Shown piece after piece: positions 36,401-48,400 of a stretch of DNA of 64,000 nucleotides. Location of the stretch: assembly GCF_004010195.1 (NCBI RefSeq), contig NC_057746.1, positions 26,125,523 to 26,189,522 of the forward strand, written 5' to 3'. Position numbers and translations under genes: made by a program. The DNA comes from Chiloscyllium plagiosum (taxonomy: Eukaryota). The first letter of the stretch is position 1, and each line of letters starts with the position of its first letter. The notes beneath the pieces are model-generated. The model saw only the letters and a program-made list of their open reading frames with translations, was not told the origin of the DNA and did no database searches.

Positions 36401-39400
36401 TATGGTAAATACTGGTTAAAAAACAGCCATCTACTATAGCTCAGTCATAATGAAAGACCCCATAATAGAGGCAGCATGGCAACTGTACAGTAAACACCAC
36501 CTTGGTTTTAGCCTGCAATACCCTACTCAGAGTGCAGCTACGTATGTATGAACAAGATGCTTTGACAGTTATTCTAACTTTGATGTTTTTGATGTTCATG
36601 TTTGTAGTTGGTGGGTACAATTCTGATTTTGTTTATATTTAACTGAAATCTAACCTGTAAAATGCTATAGTTCCCTGCCTTAGTGGAAGAGCAGTTGAGT
36701 TTAATTAAAGCAGCCCCAACCAGTTTCCCACTAAATGGACCATTCACGTTAGGAGCAAATAAAACTAGCTAGTTTAGATTAGATTCCCTAGAGTGTGGAA
36801 ACAGGCCCTTCGGCCCAACCAGTCCACATTGACCCTCCAAAGAGCAACCCACCCAGACCCATTTCCCTCTGACTGATGGACCTAACTCTATGGGCAATTT
36901 AGCATGGCCAATTCACCTTGACCTGCACATCTTTGGACTGTGGGAGGAAACCGGAGCACCCGGAGGAAACCCACGCAGACACAGGGAGAGCATGCAAACA
37001 CCACACAGACAGGCACCCAAGGCTGGAATTGAACCTGGGACCCTGGTGTTGTGAGGCAGCAGTGCTAACCACTGAGCAGTTTAGTGCAACAGAGCACTTA
37101 AAATAAAAGGGCTCAGTGGTAGAGTACTGGGTTAGAAAGCCTGGATTCAAATTCACCCTCTCCAGGGGCATGTCATAACATATCTAACTGGTTTGGTGTC
37201 AAAATATCTGCCATAGAATGAGGAATTAGATATTTAAGCAAGTTAGAGGAAAAAAAAGTACAAAAACAGAAATTGCGAGAGAACCTCAGCAGGTCTGGCA
37301 GCATCTGTGGGAAAGAAAAGCATAATTGACAACTTGAATCTGGTGACTCTTCATCAGAACCAGGTGAAGAGTCACTGGACTCCACACATGAATCAACCTT
37401 AACACTAAATTAAGCAGAACTTCAAAGGTCACAATCCCTGCACTGTTACCAGAGTCATGCACAAATTGACATCGCGCAGATCAGTTTACAGACACCAATG
37501 CGTGGCTCTAAGAATGGTTTGAGAGAAGTGGGTTCTGGTTCTTGAAGCAGTAGCACCAACGCTGGGAAAAATGGGATCTTCGTTTATCAAATGTTCTCCA
37601 CCTACATTTACTGAATTGTTACTCACGTTAACTCTACAACTAGGCAAGTAGAGAAGATTTCACCCATAACACTAAGGACAAGGGATCAAATTTGGGAAAT
37701 GAATATAAGAATAGAGTCAATACCAAGGAGAAAAGTACTAATGTGGGAAATGATAAACAGACTGTGATAGGAAGCGATACGAACAGATAAGACTTAAATT
37801 TACCAAAAAGAGCAAAATGATAAAACTAAGATCCCGACACCTGAATGCACATGCCATTTAAAACAAAGTCAGACGTCATACGACACCAGGTTATAGCCCA
37901 ACAGGTTTACTTAAAATCACAAACTTTTGAAGCGTAGCCCGATGAAGGGACTATGCTCCGAAAGCTTGTGATTTTAAATAAGACTGTTAGACTATAACCT
38001 GGTGTTCTGTGACTTCTGACATGACTCAACCCAGTCCAACACCAGCACTTCCACATCATTAAAAACAAAACAGATGAACTGAATCAGCAAACAGAAATAT
38101 GTACATATATTCTGGTACCTACAGAGACATGGATGCAGGATGACATGGATTGGGACTTGAATCTTGAAGGGTGCGTTTCATTTATAAACGACAGAAAAGT
38201 AGGAAATGGTGGAGGGGTGGTTCTGTTAACTAATTACAGTGTTACTACTATAGACAGGGACGTGGAAACAGTTTGGGTAGAAACGATAAAGTCAAGAAGT
38301 CACTTGGAGGGCTGCATAGCTGTCCACCCAAACCTACAGTAATGGTTTCTATGTATATTTTAAAGAGAAAAGAGCTAACAGAGTGACCATGGATTTTATA
38401 GAAATTGAGTCTAGTGAATTTGAAATGGAAAATAAATGGCGGTTATTTTGCATTGGCCTTCACTTTACAGGTAACAGAAGCATTGATAATGGAAGGGAGG
38501 AACTCAAGAAAATTACAATCAATAGAGACGTGGCACTGAGTAAACTGTTTGGAGCTACCAGCAGACACATACCCCAGTCCTGGCTAACTTCATCCCAAGG
38601 TCTAAGAGTGCCCAATGAGATTGTTACTAAATTGGTTTTAATTATCTTGAACTCTCTTGATTCAGGATTGAATTGGTTAGTATACAAATAGAGTACAGGT
38701 TGCTCTGGTATAATGCGCATTTCGTTAACACAAATTGGCTATAATGCAATTGATGAATTGTGGGCGCTGTTTGAATAATGCGAACTTTCGACCGAATGGG
38801 TACAGCAATTTCTGTAGAAATCTTCTACAGCGTGAAGTTGCAGAGGAACGCAACTGCCGCGTTATAGCAGAACGTACTGTAATTAAAAACACTAACAAAA
38901 TGCTACCATTCTTTGTGAAGGGAATACAAGAGAAGGGAGGTTCAGTTTCAATTATACAAAGCACTGACGAGATCACATCAGTTGGAGTTTAGGAGAGTAG
39001 GAGGCACTCGATTGAAAAAACAAGGTCCTGAGTGGTCTTGACAGGGTTGATATACAGAAGATGTCTCCTCTTATGATGGGAATCTAGAACCAGAGATTAC
39101 TGCTTAGAAATCAGGCATCACCTATTTAAAACAGAGATGAGATGAATCTTAATCCGCCAGAAGTGTTTATAACATGTCACCAGAAAGGGTGGTGGAAGCA
39201 GAATCATTGAATATTTTCAGGACAGATTCCTGTTAAGATGGGGAGGTTGTGTGAATGAAAGGCTACCATTGATGGGCAGGAAAGCAGATTTGACGTGACA
39301 ATCACCCCAGTCGTGATCTGAGCGAATGGCGGAGCAGACTTGAGAAGCTCAATGACCAAGCCCTGCATGTTCCCACACCGGTTCAAACAGCACCCCCTGT

Positions 39401-42400
39401 CCCATGAATGCCAAAATCAACAAAGATATAATTCATTCGCCCGTTTGACACTGTCAACAAATTACTGGGCAGCAAAAAGAATGACGACCTTGGGTCCCAA
39501 AAAGAACAGAATTAGAATTTTTAAGTGGCGGTGCAGGGAACAAAATAGAGAGGACATTTAAAAAGGGAGGCGGACTTAACTCGATATAGGATAAGGGATG
39601 AGGTGATTTGCTCCAGACTTCTTGGCAACTGGCCTGTACACCATTTAGCGAATTGCTGTTGCCCCTTTTGTAACAGAACACTGCAATCCCTCGTATCCAC
39701 CCAAGGGAGAAGATATGTTTAACATATTAAAGGTGGTGCCACTAACAATGCAGCACTCTCTCAGACTTCCAACAATTAAAGATTGAACTTTGTTCAAGTC
39801 CCTGAGCTCAGACTTGGACCCACGACGTTCTGACTTGGGAGATGGCAGTGTTACCAACCTTCTGATGAGACGCCCCTGCACCTCTTACCCTTTCCATTTG
39901 ACATTAATGTGCAACACAACTAGAGGGAGATGTCCCAAATGAAGCCGGCGAGCAGACCCACACATACTTTTGCAGTCAACACTTACTTGGGCCCGGGCAG
40001 AGCTTCTTCGGTCTGTGTGGTAGCTGAGGAGGAGCCCACATTGTGGTCAGTGGCTGTTGATGTGCTTGTACTCTCCTGGGAGACGCTCTCAGCTGCTGGT
40101 TCTGGAGGCTGGGCCGTCGTTGCTGGTGGAGGCTCTGAATTGGACGTCTCCATGCTTTCTCCAGCTACCGGTGTGGCGGGTGCTGCAGGTTCTGCCGACA
40201 AGCCCGAGGCACCCACTGGGCTCTGAGCAGCCATCTCCTGCGGAGTGCCATTCGTATGACCCTGAGAAAGGTTTTCAAGAATGGAGCGTTACTTACAGGA
40301 AACATACAATGCTTGACCGCTGGCTTGCTCGAAACTGCTTCAAACTGTATGATTGGTCAGCCATTCTTATTCAACTTATTAGTTATCCTTCACAACAAAC
40401 TTGGTTAAAGATCCTCACTTCGCAAGCTTCTCCAATGAAAGCTCAAAGACGAAACATGCCAACTCAGTTTCTCACTCTACCTACAGATGTAGCCTGAGCA
40501 AATCTGTATCTCAGCAATTTCTGCTTCTGTTTACTAGCATAGCACCACGGATCAAAGGACATCAGTTCAATGGAGAAGCTGGGGACGGTTCTCCTTACAA
40601 CAGAGAGGTTTGAGATGGTGGGGGGTAGGGCTGTGATAGAACAAATAAGGGAAAAGATGTTTGTGGCAGAAGGGTCAGAGAATATCAATTTAAGGCAATC
40701 AGCAAAAGAATATGGCAGAGTGGAAGGCAATGTCCGAAAGGTGACCAGTTCCTCAGATCATCAAGAGGAATACGTTGACTGAAAGCATAGTCAAAACAGG
40801 TTCATTTGTAATTTTCAAAGGTAAATTTGCTAAATAGAGTCATAGAGATGTACAGCTTGAAAACAGACCCTTCGGTCCAACCCGCCCATGCCGACTAGAT
40901 ATCCCAACCCAATCTAGTCCCACCTGCCAGCACCCAGCCCATATCCCTCCAAACCCTTCCTATTCATATACCCATCCAAATGCCTCTTGAATGTTGCAAT
41001 TGTACCAGCCTCCACCACATCCTCTGGCAGCTCATTCCATACACGTACCACCCTCTGCGTGAAAAAGTTGCCCCTTAGGTCTCTTAAATATCTTTCCCCT
41101 CTCACCCTAAACCTATGCCCTCTAGTTCTGGACTCCCTGACCCCAGGGAAAAGACTTCGTCTATTTATCCTACCCATGCCCCTCATAATTTTGTAAACCT
41201 CTACAAGGTCACCCCTCAGCCTCCGACACTCCAGGGAAAACAGCCCCAGCCTGTTCAGCCTCTCCCTGTAGCTCAGACCCTCTAACCCTGACAACATCCT
41301 TGTAAGTCTTTTCTGAACCCTTTCAAGTTTCACAACATCTTTCCGGTAGGAAGGAGACCAGAATTGTACGCAATATTCCAACAGTGGCCCAACCAATATC
41401 CTGTACAGCCGCAACATGACCTCCCAACTCCTGTACTCAATACTCTGATCAATAAAGGAAAGCATACCAAACGCCTTCTTCACTATCCTATCTACCCGCG
41501 ACTCCACTTTCAAGGAGCTATGAACCTGCACTCCAAGGTCTCTTTGTTCAGCAACACTCCCTAGGACCTTTCCATTAAGTGTATAAGTCCTGCTAAGATT
41601 AGCTTTCCCAAAATGCAGCACCTCACATTTATCTGAATTAAACTCCATCTGCCACTTCTCAGCCCATTGGCCCATTGGGTTAAGATCCTGTTGTAATCTG
41701 AGGTAACCCTCTTCGCTGTCCACTCCACCTTCAATTTTGGTGTCATCTGCAAATTTACTAACTGTACCTCTTATGCTCGCATCCAAATCATTTATGTAAA
41801 TGACAAAAAGTAGAGGGCCCAGCACCGATCCTTGTGGCACTCCACTGGTCACAGACCTCCAGTCTGAAAAACAACCCTCCACACCACCCTCTGTCTTCTA
41901 CCTTTGAGACAGTTCTGTATCCAAATGGCTAGTTCTCCCTGTATTCCATGAGATCTGACCTTGCTAACCAGTCTCCCATGGGGAACCTTGTTGAACGCCT
42001 TACTGAAATCCATATAGATCACATCTACTGCTCTGCCAACTTCAAAGGAAAATAAGCTACAGGATTATGGATAGAAATCAGAGGATTGGAATTAATTGGA
42101 GTGTCCTACTATCTAAAGTACAATGGACTGAATAGCCTCCTCCTACACTGTTTTAATCTGTGTGATTTTGGATTTATAGCATTTGCCATTTGCTCCCAGT
42201 ATCCTTCTCTGTGTTTACCATTTGCTCTGATGCTGCCCCTATAATTGTTTGGTGAGGGGCAATCTTACCCCACCCCAAACAAAATTTAAAATTCACCTCC
42301 TACCTGCACAACTTTGATGGCCTCTAATTTCCTAATCAGCCCATAAAAGGCAGACCCAAAAGAAGCAGTGATGGTCACCAGTGAGGTAGTGACAGAGGTT

Positions 42401-45400
42401 CAGTGTCAGATCACTCCAAGCAACTGGCTGAAAAGCAGCAACTATGTAATCTTGAGGCTGATGGCACTGAACTCCAGCTTTTGACCCTGGAAGAATCATG
42501 ATCCAGAAATGAAATGAAGCTTTCAGCCAATCTAACAACAGAGATAATTATTTCTAGAACAAAGTGAGGACTGCTGATGCTGGAGATCAGAGTCGAGTGT
42601 GCGTTGCTGGGAAAGCACAGGTCAGGCAGCATCTGATGAGGAGAATCGACATTTCAGGCATAAGCCCTTCTTCAGGAATGTTCAGAGCAACGGAGAGGAC
42701 TTGGTAAGGGAGGGAGGTATAGTGAGAGAGGGACTCACTGAGATCTTTGTAAGAGAGGAGGAGAACTTCTTCAAGCTCGGCATACTTGGAAGAGGATTCG
42801 CAGTAAGGTTAAAATCAACTAGGAGAAAGTGGGGACTGCAGATGCTACCATATTTCCAAAGGGACAGATTGGCCATGATCTTACTGAATGGCGTGACAAG
42901 CTTGAAAGGCCGAATGACTGACTTTTGAACGTATTTCCTGTATTCACGCAATCTAATGCAAAATAGCTTCGAGCAAACAAAATCTGAGTGTGCGTGAACG
43001 TCACTGCCTCCCCATTTGACATCAGGGAAAACATTTGTGAAACTTGCCAACTGTTTGGAGACCTGCCATTTCACGCTGGCAAGGATATAGGATTCTCTCC
43101 AGAGCACAATAAAAGCTAGTCAAAAGTCAGAAGGCAGTAGACAGCATGTTTCCTGGGTGGAAGCTCACTTCACCCATTACTTGCAGTACTCATCAGCACC
43201 TGTAAACTACAGGGAAAGTAAAAGTCAACATCTAAACTCTTAACACCTTGCATGGTGGTTTAAACTCCTTAAAATTTCTCCCATGACTCCCATCACTTCA
43301 GTGTCATGCAATCCACAGCATTCTTCCCAGGCATAAACTAAGCTTGCAGGAGTAGTATCTGTAACTACAGTGCTGTCAATGAAACTGCGCAAGCAGTTCT
43401 AGATGGAAGCTGCCTCCCTATCATGTCAGCTGGCTGTTTCCCACCTTGTACACATTATCTATCTTCAAATCTTCACCTCATCCACATGACTCCAACAATC
43501 AATTAGTGTAAATATCTTTCCTAATTGACGATTTCACCTTACTTTTATCATTCTAGATAAATGCTCTCGCTAGACTTACTAATCAGCAGAACCAATCTAT
43601 CAGTCTTCCTCCACCTAAGCACTTCGTAAGTTTGATGCCTCTATCAGATCCTATTTTACCTTGCCTTGCTCAGTGACTAAAGCCAGAGTCTGTTCAGTCC
43701 CACAACAAAAATAACCTACACATCTATCACACCTTTATGAAACTGTAAGACCCCCCCCATGGCACTTGGTAATGGCATTATGCAAAGTGTGACACTGAAT
43801 CAAGTAACAGGTTTTAGATTAGATTCCCAACAGTGTGGAAACAAGCCGTTCGGCCCAACAAGTCCACACTGACCGTCCGAAGAGTAACCCACCCGGTCCC
43901 ATTTCTGTCTGACTAATATATCTAACACCATGGGCAATTTAGCATGGCCAATTCACCTGACCTCCACAACCTTGGACTGTGGGAGGAAACCGGAGCACCC
44001 GGAGGAAACCCATGAAGACACTGGGAGAATGTGCAAACTCCACGCTGACAGTCACCTGAGGCTGGAATCAAACCTGTGTTGTTGTGTCAAATGGCTCAAC
44101 AGCTTGATCAAAGAAGTAGGCTTTAAAGAAATGTGTTTAAGTGGAGCAGCAGGGAGGGAATTCCAGAGTGGAGGATCAAGGCAACTGAAGATGCATTCAA
44201 TGAAGGAAGCCATTAAAATTGGGATGGAGGTTGGAGTTGGAGCAGCAAAGGCACTTTGGATGATTGTAGAGCTGGAGCAAATTACAGGAGAGGAGGGCGG
44301 AAACTACAAAAATCGAGGGATAAGGCCACAGAAGGGTTTAAAGCAAGGAGGAGAATTCAAAATTCAAGACAGTATTTGACCAGGACCCGATGTAGGTCAG
44401 TGAACACAAGTATGGCAGAGGAATCAGTCTTGCTGTGAGATTTGGACACCCTAAGGTTTAAGGGAAATATGTGATCATGCTGGAAGAGGTGCTGTTGCCT
44501 GGGTTGGAGCACTTTGGCTACTAAGACAGTCTGGATAGGCTTGGGTCGTTTTCTTTAGAGCAGACAAAGCTGAGGAAGGACCTGACCAAGGTGCACAAGA
44601 TTATGAGGGACATGGACACGGTAGATCAGAAGCAGTTGTTCCCCTTGAGATCAATAACAAGGGAACATCATTTCCAGGTGAAGGACAGGAGGTTAAAAAA
44701 AGACTTGAGAAAAAAAAATTGTTTCACCCAGAGTACGGTGGGAATCTGTGACACACTGACTGGGAAGGTAGTAGAGGCAGGAAACCTCGCAATATTTATC
44801 AAGTACGTGGATGAGCAGGTAAAGTGTCATACCATTCAAGACTATGGGCCAAGAGCTGGAAATGGGTTTAGTGTAGATAGATCGGTGCCGACCTGATGAG
44901 TTAAAGGGCCACCTCCGTGCTTTATGTCAGAATGTTGGAGCCGAGTGTGCATGGAAAAATCAAATCTAAGTGGTAAAAAGAGGCCTGAACAACGGTTTCA
45001 ACAGTAATGAGCTAAACCAGGCAAAGTTAGACTGGGAATAAGTGAACGTAGAGATGTGGCAAGGGAGACTGGGAAGCTCAGATGTGAGACCAATATTGCC
45101 AACACTGACTCAGTCTCAGGGAGAAGGATGGGAACGGTTACTATAGGGAACAGGGAGGGGAAGGAAACTAGTGGCTTCAGCCTTCCTCAACTTAATTAAT
45201 GGAGATGTCTGAATATACAAGTACTGATAATTTATCAACAGTGGAAGTGGCAAGGGAGGCGGTGGTGATGTAAAGCTTGGTGTTGACAGAGCATGTGAAA
45301 TCTTAGGCAGCATTCTGTCAGCTGAACCACAAGCCTTTCATCGCTCCTATAAATCCTAATAAATCTGTTGTGTCATAGCTCCAATATCCTGTGTGCAATA

Positions 45401-48400
45401 AATGCCAGGAACGCCACAACTGACACCATGTCGTTGCCTTGTACAGACTGATCACATCCTTGCTTTCATGTTTAATATCGCCAACCATAAAGCCTAATTG
45501 CCCGTTCAAAAATGTTCACAGCTACGCTTTTAAGAACCTGTGCGGATGCACCCCATTTCTCTATTCAATTAATAATTGAACAAGGTTTAGCACACAGACC
45601 TATCATTCTGATGTTTTTCACAAAAATGTTATCCTTTTCATTTGTCCATTCTGAACCTCATTTGTTTGATACTTGCTCACTGGACAAACACGTTCCGGCA
45701 ACATCAATTCTCCTTCTGGCTGATCTAGCTTCTAAGCTCATCAGACCATAATACCATTCCTTTTACGTCTCTTCAAATAGAGAGCTCAACACACATCTTT
45801 GGAAGCTACACTTTGCCAATCCAAGAACTCTCTCATCTTCCCTACTCATGACCCTCTACCCAATCCTCTCACCCACGCTATTTTTTTTTTAAACCACACG
45901 TGCCTCAACACACTCCTCAGAGCTGATTCTCGCAGTGGACACTTCACTCATTTTGTTTCACTGAACTCCCAACGGCAACGCCCCTGCATCGATAAAGGGC
46001 GGCATGTCAAACGGTATTTCCCGAAACAGAAGCGTGCTCCTCACCTCCAGCCTGTTCAAGATCCCCTGAATGTCTCTCAGCATATGCTGTGCCAGTACCA
46101 GGCGAACTCTCGGCTCACTCTGTGAAAACAGAAAAGACAAGTTCCATCAGTGAAGAATGCCCTGGTGCACCTGAAACCCCACGTCAGCGGGGCCTAGATT
46201 CTCTGCTGACACATCTTGCCACCAGTACAGAATGATGCTGTACTATTGCACCTGGGGTTCAGTGTACTCTAACCAAATTCTCCATAAGCACAAGACCAAA
46301 CAGAGTTCTGATCACCGTAGCACAGTAGATTGATTTTCGTCTTACTCATTAAGTATTCAAAGAACGAGAGAAGCTGTGGCCCACCAGCTGAAAGATAAGC
46401 CAGTCCTGATTTCAAGGCAACAAACCCCAGCATTGCTGCTGAATAAAAATGGTTCACTGACAGTTCGTCATTCCACGCTCCTCTGGTTACAAACCAATTC
46501 CAACTGAAAGCACCACAGAGAAAAGCTCCCACTCCGAGACAATGAGGCTGACTCGGTGACATAGCCATGAGGGAAGCGAGATCACACACGTGAAATGGTT
46601 GTCGCCAGAATACTCTGGTCTAGACTCAGCCCATTCCCTGAGCACATCAGTGATGTCTGTGAATCTCGGCAAAGACAAAGGTGGACAGAGTGCGTTTGCA
46701 GAGACAAACTGGCCAGAGCTGTGCCGTGGGTACCCAAGTAGAAATGGCTACTGGTGCTGATCCATTTGCAAGTTTGCCTCCCAGAGTGAAAGGAGAAAGG
46801 TTCCCATTTGTTGGTAAAAGGTCGTGTTGGTTTTTCTTTGGGGGCAGGAGTTTGTGGAGGGAGGCATGCAGTCATTGGGATGAAAATGCATTGTTACACC
46901 AAATGCATAATAACAACAGCCTGCATAAAACTGTGGGGGAAACTAGTACAGTGTCAGGATCACCAATCAACCCAATTACTTAAGAATTACAGCAGAGACA
47001 GACCATTTGACCCTGTGTTTAGTTGCTTATTTAAGTACTACATGAACCACCATCCTACTTCTTCTCACCTGTGGAACCTCACGTACGTATTCTTCTACCC
47101 CTTCTGTGCTACTGGCCCCGTGCACTCCTTGCGGTAGTAATTTCCATGTCTTAATCACTCTGTGGGTAAAGTTGCTTCTCCATCTCGTATTTCTAGTTCT
47201 AAACTTCCCCCACAAGAGCAAGTACATCTGCTTTATCAAACACTTGCGTATTTTAACTGTGTCAGTCAGGTCACACTTTAACTTTCCCCGAACTTCCTTA
47301 AATGGTCATAACTTGCCACATCTGGTACCATCCTGCAAAGCTTTTGTGCACCTTGTCTAATGCCTCCATCATTACTGAGGAGTGGCCAAATAATGTTGCT
47401 GCTTCTCACCAGGCCTCTTGTATCTCTTTCAAATGGACAAACACACAACGTCCTCCTACTCCACATTAATTTAATTATACAATATTATGTAATGGTTCTA
47501 CAATGAAATTAGCCATGGCATTGGAGGGCACTGAGTATTTTCTCCGTCCTGAAGTGTGCAAGACACAAGACAGAGACAATAGCAGCAAATTGCACCTCAT
47601 CCTCCAAGGAAAGGCCAGCCATTCCTCCACAGATTCTGGGCTTGCCTCACTACCGCCTACCAGACAGGTTGTACTCATCTTCCTGCTAATGTAAGAATGG
47701 GCAAGGTTACAGAGGAAACCAGGGCTCGCTTGCACTCTTTCCCTCTCTCTGTACAACTCGGGCGAGAAGGGAATCAGATGAAAGATCGCAAGCCCCAGAA
47801 TCATGTGTTGGTAGTCAGAGGTGACACGACCTCTCTGTCCAGTGGAATTATAAAAAGGTAGAAACACACCAGCCCGCAAATGACAATTAGCAGAACGACT
47901 GACACACAAACCTAGCTGTCATGAGAAAGCAACGCTTCAGTCAAGGGGAGGCAATGGCTCAGTGGTATTGTTGCTAGACTTGTCATCCAGAGACACAGGT
48001 AAAGTTATGGGGTGTCAGTTTCAAATCCCACTGAGCAAATTCAACAAAAGCCTCAAATGAAAAATCTAATGATGATCATAAAATCATTGTTGATTGTTGT
48101 TAAGAAAAACCCAATCTGATTCACTAAAGTCTTTTAGGGAAGGAAACTATCCAGCCTGGTCGACATGTGACTCATGATCCACAGCAACGTGGCTGACTCT
48201 CACCGCCCAAAGCCCCCCCCACCCCACTGAAATGTCCTAGCAAGCCACTCAGTTGTATCCAGGGGATGACTTGCCAGCCCATATCCACCAGTGAATTAAA
48301 CGAGAAGTTACTTACAACCGACAATTCTAAGTAACACCCAAATTCAACTGTGGTTTCTCTCCTCTCCTTCAATGTCATATTGTTCTCCTCTCAAATGGCA

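Larger units (their letters stand above)
37400..39375 (+). mobile_element. Old CR1 remnant interrupted by a Penelope-like fold-back and a MITE
   Basis: TETWMQ...[13 protein letters not shown] endonuclease-like remnant and a CR1 3' end. Confidence 0.6.

Noticed and set aside
40914-41882. 322-aa ORF as a host gene
   Set aside because: It is the C-terminal part of CR1 ORF2, 5' truncated, with many related copies in the window.
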